A stretch of DNA of 64,000 nucleotides from Torpedo marmorata (lineage: Eukaryota), in assembly GCA_977017645.1 (NCBI GenBank), contig OZ360243.1, forward strand, positions 62,620,001 to 62,684,000, written 5' to 3'. Of the stretch, positions 51,401 through 64,000 are shown piece after piece (the stretch's first letter is position 1; the number at the start of each line of letters is the position of its first letter). The notes beneath the pieces are model-generated. The model did no database searches and had not been told where the DNA came from. It saw only the letters and a program-made list of their open reading frames with translations. A program made the position numbers and the translations under genes.

Positions 51401-51727
51401 GCACAAGCTGGGTAACATCAATGACTCATCAATGACTGGCTTAGCTGTCATTTGCTCTGCAAGAACAATCTTACCCTCCGCCAAGTCATTGCCTAGCAAC
51501 AGTGAGACTCCTTCCACTGGCAAATTCAATCTAACTCCTATTTTAATAGGTCCATTAACCAAGGCTGATTTTAGCACTATTCTGTGCAAAGGAATGGGCT
51601 CAGTATCACTTCCGATACCTCTAATCAAATTTATTTCGCCGGTATCAGTTTCTTCACCAAATTCCAAAACATTGTCTAACACAAGTGACTGAGCAGCCCC
51701 AGTATCTCGCAAGATTTTCACTGGCAC
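48442..51727 (-). pseudogene. pol: Gmr1-like pol: protease, integrase, RT, RNase H
   Basis: ILRDTGAAQS (51380-51727); integrase 50196-51353 (HSTPFGGH..CHTC, QSDQGSNF, ALERFH); RT 49179-49660 (MPFGM, YIDD); RNase H 48442-49068 (EKELLAL, NVIADCLSR). Confidence 0.92.
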
Positions 51728-51765
51728 TTATTTTAACCCTTCTTTAACTGAAACCAAACCCTCAG

Positions 51766-53015
51766 TCACAAAAAGTTTGAATACATCCCTAATTTTAACG
51801 GTAAATTTGGATCCTTCTTGGTTTTTATACCTCTTCTCACTTTGAATACAAGCATTCGGTGCTCCTCTTTTTCTCTCTTCTTTTTCAACACAGGACAACT
51901 TGCTATCACGTGACCAGCCTTCTTACAGTAGTGGCAAATGGGACCCAAAGGTTTTTCCTTTACCAACTTCCATTCATCTTTACCCCTAATACTACTTCCA
52001 AATTTACTCTCCACCTTACTTGGATTATCCACAGTGCACTTTTGAAAAAATTTGCCTGACGTCCACTTAGGCTTATGTGTTAAAGCATATTCATATGCTA
52101 ACTTACCTGACTCCTGCCAAGTTTTCACCTCCTTCTCATCCAAGTATGCTTTAATATCATCAGGAACACATCTTTTAATCTCCTCAATTATTATCAATTC
52201 TCTCAAATGATTATAATCATTGTTTACAGTCTTCAATGTGCACCACCGGTCAAAACACACAACCTTTTCACAAGGAAAATCTGTATAAGATTGGGTTGTT
52301 GATTTTTTAAAAATTCCTGAACTTCTGTCTGTAAGCCTCTGGAAGTAACTCATAAGCCTGGAGTATAGCTTTTTTCACAATTTCATATTTAGCAGCTTGT
52401 TCTGTGGTAAAGGCAGAATAAGCTTGTTGAGTTTTCCCTTTAATTACACTTTGTAACATAAGAGACCATTGGTTTTGTGGCCAATTTAAATTCACAGTCA
52501 CTTTTTCAAAATGCTGAAAATATTTATCTATCTCAGCTTCCTCAAATGGAGGAACCAACCTAACTTCTACTGGCCATGAACCCCTCACCATGACCAAGAA
52601 TTTGATCTCGGGTCTCTTCTTTTCTCCTGTCATTTTCCACTCTAATCTTTTCCAGCTCATGTATCCTAATTTTCTCCTCTGCCTCTAGTTCTAATATCCT
52701 CAGTTCCATTTCCAATCTCTTTTGACTTTCGGCTGCCTCCAATTATAATCTCTTTAATTCCAACTGTATTTTCTCAGAAGTTTTACCCTTGGGAAACTGC
52801 TCTAACACTTCTTTGTCAAACTTTCCTTCTTCTATGTAGTATTTTGAAATTTTCCTCCCAATCTCCACCTTTTTCATTTGTGGTTCTACTGAAGCAATTG
52901 CCAACATAGTTACCAACTCGTGCTTTTTAGCCTTTTTCAAATTCTCAAGAAACGGTAATGCCAAAAATCCCTCTATATCCATGGCTGCTGGTTTGTTGCT
53001 GTTGATTTCACACAC
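51766..53015 (-). pseudogene. gag: Gmr1-like gag (SCAN-related capsid region, CCHC knuckle)
   Basis: YELLPEAYRQKFR...FDRWC...LRELIIIEE; CHYCKKAGHVIASC; several frameshifts. Confidence 0.8.
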
Positions 53016-53137
53016 ACACTAGCTTTTAATTATCTTCACTAAAGGAATTTCCTAGACCAGACTGGAATTCCATCAATCATCAAACTCAGATGATTGATCA
53101 CTAATCAATCGACCGCTAAGCTCCCAAATTTGTTTGT

Positions 53138-53158
53138 ATCCCGGACGATGAGCCCCCT
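53138..53158 (-). promoter_or_regulatory. Degenerate tRNA-Pro primer binding site
   Basis: AGGGGGCTCATCGTCCGGGAT versus canonical TGGGGGCTCGTCCGGGAT (one substitution and a 3-nt insertion), 3 nt inside the 5' LTR. Confidence 0.8.
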
Positions 53159-55182
53159 CTTTGTTACAACTCAAACCAGCAACAACAGAAGACGCAATTA
53201 AAAAGGGTTAAATTTTAACTCTATATTTATTAATGACTATTAACAATATAATGTCTTAACACAATTAACCCCTCTATAAGCATCTAGAGCAAATATACGG
53301 ATATCATATATTTATAAACAGTGTGTATGTGAAAAACCCAGACCATTACAGTTTGTGTCCAATATTCAAAAAGCAAAAATCCCCAAAACCCCAGGTCAAT
53401 CAGTCAAGTAAGTCAGTCCAAAAAAATACAGTCCACAAAATTCAATCTCAAAGTTCAATGTCCAAGTTCAGTTCTTTAACTGATAACAAAGGATGTCGTA
53501 TTGAACGTTGGAGAGAGAAATGACTGATGTTGCATTGCAGTAAGCTTACGAATCCTTTTTCAGGCTTCCTCAGTTGATTTCACTTGGTTCTCAAAGTGTG
53601 TTTTTTGACCCTTCCTCACTTATGAGGCATGTGCATTTCACACAGCTCTCCAGCTGGCCTCTTCCGCTCCAACTGCCATTCTTCTGCTCCAACTGCCATT
53701 CCAACTGCCGTTCCATTGTCTCTCTGTCTGCACAGCTCGACCATGGCGAGTCAGCACTCAGCTGTACCACAAGTCACACAGAGTTCTCAGCAGAATTCCA
53801 TCCTTTATAATGACAGTCCACAGTCCAAAAGGTCAGTCCATGGTCCATAACACAAGAAATGCACAAATTCACCACCTTCTGAATAAAGGAATTATTTCTC
53901 CTGATGATCACTCACATTGAAAGAGTGACTCCTGCCAGAAGAGAGATCCTCCCTGCATTTATCCTACAGGCAGAAGAGACTGCAAATGCTGGAGTCTTGA
54001 GCAAAAAACAAACTCAATGCGTCAGGCAGCATCTGCGGAAGGAAATGCATGGTTGACATTTCCAGTCAAGACCCTGCCTTCAGGACTGAGAAAGGAGAGG
54101 GAAGACAGGCAGTATTAAAGAGAGAGGGAGGGGTGGTTGGGAGGTGATAGGTGGACGGAGGAGGGGGTGAAGGATGACAGATGGATCCAGGTGGGGAAGC
54201 AGAAAGGGCACAGTTGGGAGACGGAGGCAGGAAAGTAATGGGTGAAAGCAGACAAAGGGAAGAAACAAGGGCAGATGGAGCCAAGAGCGTGGAGGGGAGA
54301 GTGAAGGAAGGGGATAGATGGAACTGTATTGAGGGAGGGATTGTGGTCAAATGGGAATAGTGGGTGAGAGGAAGGAAGAGGAACTGGGCCATGGTGGGGG
54401 GGGGGAGGTTTGGTGTGTGAGAAGAGCTAGGTAGTTGAGAAGGAGAGAGAAAGCAAACAGAAGGGAGGAGAGCAGGTTACTTGAAACTCTTGTAGAGCTC
54501 TGTAAATAAGTGTACTTTAAAATGAGATTATCATTTATTCTTCCAAAATCACGAGAATAGAGGCCACACTGCTTAAACTCTCCTTATAACAACGCACCAT
54601 CTCACACATCAATTTCGTGAACTTAATTGCACACGCTCTGTTGCAAATATATCCTTCACTTGACAGGGAGACCAGATCTGCCCACAATAATTCAGGTTTT
54701 ATCTCAGAAGGCCTCATGTGCAGGAGTTCCCTGGGGAACGATGATCCAACTTCAAGTGAGAGTTTGATAGGTATGTGGATGAATTTCTCCTATACATTTT
54801 TAAAGTATTTCTCAAGATAGTAAGAATACAATGTTTTGTGGTATTCAGAAATGACTCGATACAATATATATTCCATTAGTTCAATTATGGATACTGTTAG
54901 GGTGAATATTCAATGAAATGAAAGAATTATAGAAAGTGAATGTACAGCAATATGATGCGAGTTACTGTAGAAAGTTATGTTTCTGACCGACAGAGAAATT
55001 AGCTTATGGATAGTTCTCAGGAACAGAATACTTACATAATTGGGGACTGCCTGAAATATTATTAATATCCCTATCCTCTTGTACTCAGATCCTCTTCCTA
55101 TAAAAGCCAACATTCTATTTCCCTTCTTAATTGCTTGGTGCATCTGCATGTTAACATAGATTACAGAGAACATTACTGCACA

Positions 55183-55700
55183 GTAAAACACAAAAGTTTG
55201 CAGACACCGTGGTTGAAGTAAAAACACAAAGCTGGAGAAACTAAGCAGGTCAAACAGCGTCCTTTATATAGCAAACATAAAAATACATAACTGACGTTTC
55301 AGGCTTGAGTCCTTCAGCAAGGTATGGAAAAATGTCAGCAGGCATCTGAATAAAAGGGTAAGGGGGGAGGCGTGGTCGCAAAGGCTGGAGGTAATAGGTG
55401 GATAAGGGAGGGAGGGGACAGCAGTAAGCAGGGGGAGGAGGGATGGCTGGGTGAATAGAGAGGGAAGGGGGTGGAGAGCTGACAGGGGGAAGGGAAGGGA
55501 GGGGGAAAGGGGAGCAGGTTAGCAGAAACCAGAAAAGTCGATGTTAATGCCATCCGGCTGGAGAGTGCCCAGATGGAAAATCAGATGGTCTTGGTGGGAT
55601 AGTACATACTCACATGTCTGTCCATGGCCTCATGTACTATCCCACCAAGACCACCCGCAAATTGGAGGAACAACACCTTATTTTACGTCTGGACACTCTC
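55183..55700 (-). mobile_element. Penelope-like 3' fragment with an internal inversion
   Basis: Same pseudo-LTR as 58015-58365; perfect inverted repeat 55587-55607 / 55632-55652. Confidence 0.8.
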
Positions 55701-56544
55701 AAAAAGGTGCTGGCTCCCCACCCTATCTAGACATTTCATAGTCTTATATACCTCTACCTGTATTAAGTTGCCTCTCATTCTCCGTCGCTCTGAAGAGAAA
55801 AGTCCAAGCTCGGTAAACCTTTCTGCACAAGACGTGCTCTCCAATCCAGGCAACAACCTGTTAAATCTCCACTGCACCTTCTGCAATGCTTCCACATTCT
55901 TCCTCTAATAAAACTTGAAATAATTTGTGTGCAATTACACCCAGTTCTCTCGGAATATTAACACATTTCACCTTTTAACGTTTTACATTATTTCTTCAAT
56001 AGTGATTGCACTCATTATTGATGCACTCACATTTTTCCAGACTATATTAGACCAACAATGTCCTCATTCACTCATTTAGCCTGTCAAAATCAGCCCTCGA
56101 ACCCTCTCTGCATCTTCCTCACAGCCAACATTGCTATCCAGGTGTATCATCAGCAACTGCATCCAGAGACCCAGAAGTCTTTCCAAACGAAGCAGCAATT
56201 CGATTGCACTAATGGATTACGTTCGGTGTTCAAGCACAAGACAAAACTCCAGAGGGTTGTTAACTCAGCCTGCGACATCAGGGGCACCAGTCTTCACTCC
56301 ATCGAGGACATCTACAAGAGGCGGTGTCTGAAGAAACCAGCTTCTATCCTCAAGGAACCCCACCACCCAGGCCATGCCCTCTTCACTCTGCTACCATTGG
56401 GAAAAAGGTACAGGAGCCTGAAGACGAGCACTCAACGGCACAAGGACAGGTTTTTCCCCTCTGCCATCAGATTTCCGAATGAAGAACGAACCATGGACAC
56501 CACCTTACTTTGTCTTTTTCTTTTTCTTGCACTATTTTTACTTA

Positions 56545-57021
56545 CCGTATTTGACGGCATATAAGACCCACTTTTTTCCCCTAAAATTGGGCCAAAAATA
56601 CCCCCCGGGTCTTATATGAGAAGTTGAAATTGAGCAGGTTGCCGGCTACTCACCCAGCTTCAAGAAGCCCGTGGAGGTTCTGCGGCTGTCCAGGAAGTGT
56701 GCCCGCAGTTTCACGGGCCACCTTCCCTCGGGTGGCCCGTGCTTTCCAAAGCTGCCGCCGCGGCTCACTTCCCCCGGTGAGAAGGCCGACCACTGCGGCC
56801 CCTGCCAGCAGCGCAAGACCATCCGGAGCCGCCGCCGCTGCTCACTTCCCCCGGTGAGAAGGCTGACCACGGTGGTCCCCGCCAGCAGCACAAGAGGTGC
56901 AGGAGGAACCCGTTCACCAACTTACCCGTAAATACACTAAAAACTTTTTTCTTAATATTCCCTGCTGAAATGGGGGGGGGGTTCTTATATGCCCGTGGGT
57001 CTTATATGCCATCAAATATGG
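56545..57021. mobile_element. Tc1/mariner-superfamily (Tc2/pogo-like) MITE with a GC-rich interior
   Basis: 27-bp TIR CCGTATTTGACGGCATATAAGACCCAC / GTGGGTCTTATATGCCATCAAATATGG, TA TSD, inserted in a Rex1 3'UTR. Confidence 0.85.
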
Positions 57022-58014
57022 TAATTTGTGATGTCGTTTATATAAATGTTTGCAGTGTAATGCTGCCGTAAAACAACAAATTTTGTGATATGTTCATGAC
57101 AATAAATTCTGATCCTGATTCTGATTCTGTGTTCACAATGTAGTCTCCTCTTTGATGAAGACACCACATGCAGATTGGGTGATTGATTTACAGAGCACAC
57201 ACATGCAGTCCGCAGATATGACCACCAGCAACCAGTTGTCTACCTCCTTAATTTATTAGCCCACTCTCATTCTGACTTTTCTGTCTCTTCTCTCCTTCAC
57301 GGTTATGATGGGCTTGAGGAACAGCACCTTATCTTCCACCTAGACGTGCAGCCTTCAATTATGGGATGTCAAAATTGCGCTTGCCTCTCCACTTTCCTCT
57401 GGCAGCCCATTTCAGATATGGACCACAGAGTGAAAATGTTGTCCCTTTTAAATCTCCCCCCCCACCCTTGCATTAATCCGATGCCCTCTAATTTTAGAAT
57501 CGTCTACCTTGGGGAAAAGACTGTGAGCATTGACGTTATTCATGCCCTTCATGATTTTATAAACTTCTATAGGCTCTATATTATCTCACTTGGTTTCCTT
57601 CCCCAAGTTATTGATATAAACTGTGAACAAATGGAATTCCCAACAGCCTTCTGTGTACGAGGCACAGCCTGCGAACCAGAAAATGAACAATTTATTCCTA
57701 CTGTTTTCTTTCTATTAACTAGTCCTCAATCTATGTCAGTACATTACCCATAATCTTAAAATTCCAATTTTGTTGAATAACCTCTTGTGAAGCTCCTCAC
57801 CTAATAATCCATTAATAACACATCCGCTTCTCTTTCCTTTGTTCTCCTACAAGTTGTAATCTCAGAAAAATGCCAAGGAATTTTCCAAACAAGAATTCTC
57901 TTTCAAAAATCCATGGTGTTTTTGCCTAGTCCTACAATTATTTTCAAAGAACCCGACAAATGTCAAGCTATCTGATGGTTGTTGTCTTCAGTAGTGCATA
58001 ACCTTCCAACCTGT

Positions 58015-59260
58015 GGAGTAAAAAACACAAATGCTGGAGAAACTCAGCAGGTCAAACAGTGTCTTTTATGTAGCAAAGGTAGAAATACATAACCGACGTT
58101 TCGGGCTTGAGCCCTTCATCAAAGTATGAGAAAATGCCGGCAGGCGTCCGAACAAAAGAGTGAGGGGGTGAAGGGGGGCAAAGGCAGGAGATGATAGGTG
58201 GAAAAAGGAGGGAGGGGACAGCAGCAAAGAGGGGGAGGAGGGATGGCTGGGTGGGTGGAAAAAAACTGGAAGGACAGGTAAGGGGGGAGGGGAAGGAAAA
58301 GGCAAGCAGGTTTAGTGGAAAGCAGAAAAGTCAATGTTAATGCCATCTGGCTGGAGAGTGTCCAGACGGAAGATAAGATGTTCCTCCAATTTGTGGGTGG
58401 CCTGGGTGGGATAGTATTTAAGGCCATGGACAGACATGTGAGTGTGGGAGTGTGACTTGGAATTGAAATGGCTGGCTACTGGGAGGTCGCTGTTGTTGTG
58501 GATGGAGAGGAGGTGCTCAGCGAAGCGATCTCCCAATCTACGACCGGTCTCTCCGATGTAGAGAAAGCCGCAAAGGGAGCTCCAGATGCAGTAAATAAGT
58601 TCTCTGGATGAACAAATGAAGTGTTGCTTCACTTGAAAGGCCTGTTTGGGGCCCTGGACCGTGGTGAGGGAGGAAGTGTGGGCACAAGTGTTGCACCTCC
58701 TGCGGGCACAGAGGAAGGTGCCTGGGGTGCGATGGGTGGGGAGGGATGAGTGCACGAAGGAATCGCAGAGGGAGCGGTCCCTGCGGAAGGCCGAGAGGGG
58801 AGGAGAAAGAAAAATGTGTTTGGTGGTGGGATCCTGGAGTAAGTGCCGGAAATTCCGACGGGTAATGTGTTGGATGCGGACTCTCCAGCCAGATGGCATT
58901 AACATTGACTTTTATGCTTTCCACTAAACCTGCTTGCCTTTTCCTTCCCCTCCCCCCTCACCTGTCCTTCCTGTTTTTTTCCACCCACCCAGCCATCCCT
59001 CCTCCCCCTCTTTGCTGCTGTCCCCTTCCTCCTTTCTCCACCTGTCATCTCCAGCCTTTGCCACCCCCCCCTTCCCCCCCTCACTCTTTTGTTCAGACGC
59101 CTGCCAGCATTTTCTCATACTTTGATGAAGGGCTCAAGCCCGAAACATTGGTTATGTATTTCTACCTTTGCTACATAAAAGACACTGTTTGACCTGCTGA
59201 GTTTCTCCAGCATTTGTGTTTTTTACGTCAACCACGGTGTCTACAGATTTTCGTGATTTA
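58015..59260 (-). mobile_element. Penelope-like element: GIY-YIG C-terminal fragment flanked by inverted pseudo-LTRs
   Basis: ORF 58312-58905 with ELIYCIW..LYIGETGRRLGDRFAEH..GINIDF; ~350-bp inverted arms; 12-bp TSD CTTCCAACCTGT (58003-58014, 59261-59272). Confidence 0.92.
58095..58122 (-). ncRNA. Minimal hammerhead-ribozyme-like motif in a Penelope pseudo-LTR
   Basis: TTGATGA-A-GGGC-TCAA-GCCC-GAAAC-GTC; further copies at 59122-59149(+), 24582-24609(+), 44238-44265(-) and more degenerate ones. Confidence 0.7.
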
Positions 59261-59340
59261 CTTCCAACCTGTTGTCCCATTCTAGAATTGATAGAACTTT
59301 GGAACATAGCAACTAGGTCACCCATCATCTCTAGAACCTT

Positions 59341-61595
59341 CTCAAGTCAAGTCAAGTCAAGTCACCTTTATTTGTCGTTCATTACCATATACACAGTAAG
59401 ACGAGATAGCGTTTCTCCAGGACCATGGGCAGATGTACATAAATATCATAATACAATAGAAAAAACTATAACATGCTAATACACATATATATCTAGGAAT
59501 TGAGGAGCCTGATGGCTTGGGGGAAAAAACTGTTGCACAGTCTGGACGTACGAGCCCGAGTGCTTCGTTATCTCCTTCCAGATGGCAAAGGGGAAAACAG
59601 TTTACCAAAGGGGTGTGAGAAGTCCTTCACAATGTTTTTAGCCTTCCTCATGCATCATGTGTTGTAGATGTCTGTCATGGTGGGGAGAGAGACTCCAACA
59701 ATTTTCTCCGCTGCCCTCACTATCCTCTGCAGGGTGTTTCGGTCCGAGGTGGTACAGTTACCAAACCAAGCGGTGATGCAATTGCTCAGAATACTCTCAA
59801 TACATCCCCTGTAGAATGTAGTAAGGATAGGGGGTGGGAGATTAACTTTCCTCAGTCTTCGCAGGAAGTAAAGACGCTGCTGGGCTTTCTTGACTATGGA
59901 ACTGGTGTTTCGGGACCAGCTGAGACTCTCCGAAGAAACTCGGTACTCTTTACGACCTCAACGGTAGAGCCATCCATGGTCAAAGGAGAATGATTCCCCC
60001 GGGACCTTCTGAAGTCGACAACCAACTGTTTGTTTTGTTTACGTTCAGCTGCAGGTTGTTGTTTCCGCACCATTCCATTAGCGACTGCACCTCATCTCTG
60101 TATGCTGACTCCTCATTCTTACTGATAAGGCCCCCATGGTTGTATCATCAGCGAACTTTATGATGTGATTCGAGCTGTGTTTTGCTGCACAGTCATAAGT
60201 CAGCAGGGTGAACAGCAATGGACTAAGCACACAGCCCTGGGAAGCCCCCGTGCTCAATGTAATGACCTTAGAAGTGTTGTTTCCAATCCGGACTGCCTGA
60301 GGTCTTCCCGTCAGGAAGTCTAGGATCCAATTACAGAGGGTGTAGTTTAGGCCCAGCCCCCTCAACTTCCCTATCAGGTACTGAGGTATGATCGTGTTGA
60401 ATGCCGAGCTGAAGTCAATAAACAGCATTCGAACATACACGTCCTTATTTTCCAGGTGGGTGAGGGCTAGGTGGAGGGTGGTAGTGATGGCATCATCTGT
60501 GGAGCGGTTGGATCTATATGCGAACTGCAGGGCGTCCAGTGAGGGGGGCAGCAGAAGCTGGATGTGTCCCATGACGAGCCTCTCGAAGCACTTCATGACG
60601 GTAGATGTGAGTGCGACAGGGCGGTAGTCATTGAGGCAGGACACCGTCGACTTCTTCGGCATGGGGATGATGGTAGCGGCTTTGAAGCACGTTGGAACCA
60701 TGGCACTGCTCAGGGAGATGTTAAAGATGTCGGTGAGAACATCAGCCAGCTGGGCCGCACATCCCCTGAGCACTCTGCCGGGAATGTTATCTGGCCCAGC
60801 AGCTTTCTGTGGGTTAACCTTGCTTAACACTCTCCTCACATCGGCCACTGTGAAACACAGCACCTGATCATTTGGAGGAGGGGTTGTCTTCTTTGCCACT
60901 ACATCAGTTTTTTCCTCAAAATGCACGTAGACGTTGTTCAGTGCATCTGGGAGTGAGGCATCACTAGCACAGTCAGTTGGTGTAGTCTTGTGGTTAGTGA
61001 TATCTTGAATGCCCTTCCACATGCGTTGCGTGTCCTTGCTGTCCTGAAAGTGACTCTGAATTCGCTGGGCCTGTGCACGCTTTGCCTCCCTGATGGCCTT
61101 AGACAGCTTGGCTTTTGCGATAGCTAGGGTTACCTTGTCGCCCGCACTGAAGGCAGAGTTCCGGCTCCTCAGTAGCACACGCACCTCCGCAGTCATCCAT
61201 GGCTTCTGATTAGAGCGAGTAATGATTGTCTTCCGCACAGTGACTTCGTCAGTACACTTACTAATGTAGCTAGTCATCGGTGCCGTATACTCCTCCAGAT
61301 TGATGCAGTCGCTATCGGTTGCTTCTTCCCTGAACATGTGCCAATCAGTACGCTCAAAGCAGTCCTGAAGTGCATGGATGGCACCTGCTGGCCAGGTTTT
61401 AACCTTCTTCCGAACTGGTCTGGAGCGTCTGGCGAGCGGTCTGTATGCTGGGGTTAGCATTACTGAGATATGGTCTGAGTATCCGAGGTGGGGGCGGGGC
61501 TTCGCCCGATACGCGCCGGAAATGTTCGTGAACACAAGATCCAACGCGTTCGCCCCTCTCGTAGCAAAGTCCACATATTGATGGAATTTTGGTAG
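59341..61595 (-). mobile_element. Rex1/Babar-clade LINE, 5'-truncated
   Basis: 498-aa ORF plus degenerate C-terminus; (TTGAC)n tail. Confidence 0.9.
60078..61574 (-). CDS. Rex1-type APE C-terminus plus reverse transcriptase (498-aa open segment)
   Basis: [52 protein letters not shown]; frameshift after ADD. Confidence 0.88.
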   Translation of the reverse strand: MDFATRGANALDLVFTNISGAYRAKPRPHLGYSDHISVMLTPAYRPLARRSRPVRKKVKTWPAGAIHALQDCFERTDWHMFREEATDSDCINLEEYTAPMTSYISKCTDEVTVRKTIITRSNQKPWMTAEVRVLLRSRNSAFSAGDKVTLAIAKAKLSKAIREAKRAQAQRIQSHFQDSKDTQRMWKGIQDITNHKTTPTDCASDASLPDALNNVYVHFEEKTDVVAKKTTPPPNDQVLCFTVADVRRVLSKVNPQKAAGPDNIPGRVLRGCAAQLADVLTDIFNISLSSAMVPTCFKAATIIPMPKKSTVSCLNDYRPVALTSTVMKCFERLVMGHIQLLLPPSLDALQFAYRSNRSTDDAITTTLHLALTHLENKDVYVRMLFIDFSSAFNTIIPQYLIGKLRGLGLNYTLCNWILDFLTGRPQAVRIGNNTSKVITLSTGASQGCVLSPLLFTLLTYDCAAKHSSNHIIKFADDTTMGALSVRMRSQHTEMRCSR

Positions 61596-64000
61596 ACTTC
61601 TTTCTCAAAGCCTTAGGATGCAGGCCGAGCAGCACTGGGTATTCATTGATTTCCAATCCCATTAATTTCTCTATTTTTCTTCTTCGCTAATGCTTATCTC
61701 CTTAATTTTCCATGAAGACGAACAGAAATTCTTTGTTTCATTTCTTTGTTCTTTTCCTTAATCCTCAATATAATTTCTCTTGGGTCAATCCAAAAGAGAC
61801 CTTCGTTAATTTTTGCGCGGCTTTTCTTTATGTGCACATCAGTAGAAACTTTTACATCTGTATATTTTTGGATAATTTGCTAGATTACTCCAATGCAGCC
61901 ATTCACAACGGGGGCCCTACACACCCCCACCCACCTCCCCCCCCCACCTGGGGCCACAGCACATTTAGGTAAAAGCCTTGTTTTCTTTTCACCTCACGTA
62001 ACATAATTTTTAAAATATAGTTGGTAGGAGAGAAGTACGGATGAAACCAAGACTTGACTGCTTCACAGGGAAGGGGGCTCATAAACTTTGAGCAGAGTCT
62101 TAGTGGGGCCATAGCTAAAAATAAGTTGAGAATGGCTGCTCTTATGACCCACTGTCCCTTTACATCTTAAACTCTACTGTATGTTTCATTGGATGGAACT
62201 CATGCCACCCAATTAACCGTACATTTTTTTGGAGGGTGTGACGAAACCGGAGCACCCGGGGAAAGTCCACGTAGGTCACAGGGAGAATGTACACATCCCT
62301 TACAGACAGCACTGGATTCGAACCCGGGTCGCTGGCGCTGTAATAGTGTTGCATTAACCATACCGCCCATACATGTTGCTGTATGTTTAAGAGCAATACC
62401 ACTATCTCCTTCTTACTGGATTTTATTCCTCTTGCGTCACATTGAACAATCAACGCAAAAGTTATACAATGTGTGAGGAATGCTGATGCATAGAGGTCAA
62501 AAAGCAGCCCTCCATGCACACCTAGACCATCATGTACCTTTCTACACTAAGTCCTTTGACCACCACCTGGTCGGTAACCTTCTATGCTGTGGTAATTCAA
62601 GTCTAAATTAACTGAGGATAACAGGCTCCTGCTGTGCTGAAGTTTGAAAGTTTGCTTCTCTCTGTTCAAACTCTATGGCTTGCACAGATAATTTAGCCCT
62701 GTCAACAACGTATGATCTGTTCTGACTGACTGACACTCTTGGAGACATATAATTCAGAACGAAATTATACGCTGCCCATCAATGTTAAGGAACACATGCT
62801 GGGAATCATTTAAATCTCTGCCAAACAGTGTATCTCATCACCTGACTGTCCCTCAGAGAAAATTATGTTATGCAAATTAGCTGTATTTTTTTTTTCTTTT
62901 GCAAGGAAATATAATATTTGGTGAGGAAACAACATTTATCCTTATTAAGTTGGGGTCAGGTTAACTCTGAAGGGATTTTGTGTGAAAGAATTAGAGGTAC
63001 TAACAACCTGCAGTGCCAGGGCAACTGGTATTCTCTGAAGACACGAGAGATTGCAGATGCCGGAATCCGGAGAAAAAATACAATTGAGAACGTGAGTCTT
63101 AAAGTAGTGTAAGAAGTAGAAAAGCAGAAAGCATTACATTCCATTCCATACGTTGACGATTCAGCAAGGTTAAAGCTGATTGTGAAGAAGAACAACAACT
63201 CCATATTTGGCAAAGACAGTACAAAGACAGGACGCCACGGTTAGCGCCGCGTTTAGTGCAATGCTGTTACAGCACCAGCGATTGGAACCGGTGTTCGAAT
63301 CCTGCACTGTCTGTCAGGAGTTTGTACATTCTCCCCGTGTCTGTGTGGGCTTTCTCCGGGGGCTCCGGTTTCCTCCACCGTTCGAAACGTACCGGGGGTT
63401 GTAGGTCAATTGGGTGTAATTGGGCGGCACAGGCTCGTGGGCCGAAAGGGCCTGTTACCGTGCTGTATGTCTAAATTTAAACGACTATTAACCATTGGGT
63501 AAGGGACACGACCCCGGGATAACGAATCCTAAGAAACATTCTAAGAAACATGTACTTATATCGAACAGTCTGTTCGAATGTTCTGGAAAACTGGAAGTTC
63601 GTCTGTATAAATATGAAACTTGCGAGCCACGTGGCGGACTCCCTTGTGGTGAGACTAGCTGCAGGTGGCAGTGCTTCTTGCTGTAACAGGGTCCTCACGC
63701 TTTGCAAAGCAACAATAAAGTACGGTGAAATTTGTAACCATATTTGCGTTCATTTGTCAAGGAAACTCAAGTCCACTTTCACACAATCTGCTGGAGGAAC
63801 TTAACGGGTTGAGCAGCATCAGTGGGAGACAAAGAATCATTGACGTTTCCAGTCTGAACGCTTCATCAAGACTCTGCGCAGCATTGAAGATACTTACAGT
63901 AGGATGGTTAATCTGCCGTTGTTAAGCATATAACATAAGAACATTTTAAATCACCTCTGCACTGTCCACCTTCATTATTGGGCAATAATGGGTTCTCACT

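Larger units (their letters stand above)
42867..53852 (-). mobile_element. Gmr1-like Gypsy LTR retrotransposon (PR-IN-RT-RH order); 3' LTR split by an L1 insertion
   Basis: 5' LTR 53162-53852; 3' LTR 42867-42958 + 47702-48312; TG...CA ends; imperfect 4-bp TSD CAAT/CAAG; degenerate tRNA-Pro PBS 53138-53158. Confidence 0.93.

Noticed and set aside
56624-56931. Ala/Arg/Pro-rich ORFs
   Set aside because: Stop-poor GC-rich MITE interior; no recognisable domain
1-64000. Prokaryotic defence, CRISPR or operon-like system
   Set aside because: No repeat-spacer array, no gene-dense architecture; all long ORFs are eukaryotic retroelement fragments

Overview
Eukaryotic, repeat-dominated vertebrate DNA, most likely from a cartilaginous fish (inferred from the HE1/V-SINE-like SINEs, CR1, Rex1 and Penelope content). 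I recognise no intact host protein-coding gene and no prokaryotic system. The window holds three full-length but frameshifted Ty3/Gypsy LTR retrotransposons, two solo LTRs, two L1-clade insertions with target-site duplications (TSDs), many Rex1/CR1/RTE LINE fragments, Penelope-like elements with hammerhead-ribozyme motifs, hAT and Tc/pogo MITEs, SINEs, and two CpG-rich unique islands with candidate non-coding exons. The strongest signal is in two compact Gypsy elements whose LTRs are unrelated in sequence. Both lack a tRNA primer-binding site (PBS); instead, 1 nt after the 5' LTR, each carries a 14-18 nt sequence complementary to the poly(A)-signal region of its own LTR. Both also have YLDN in place of YxDD in reverse transcriptase. 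This points to a self-priming lineage with a non-canonical RT active site. Also notable are a multi-tail L1 concatemer under a single 12-bp TSD and a twin-primed inverted L1. All family assignments come from motif recognition, not database searches.
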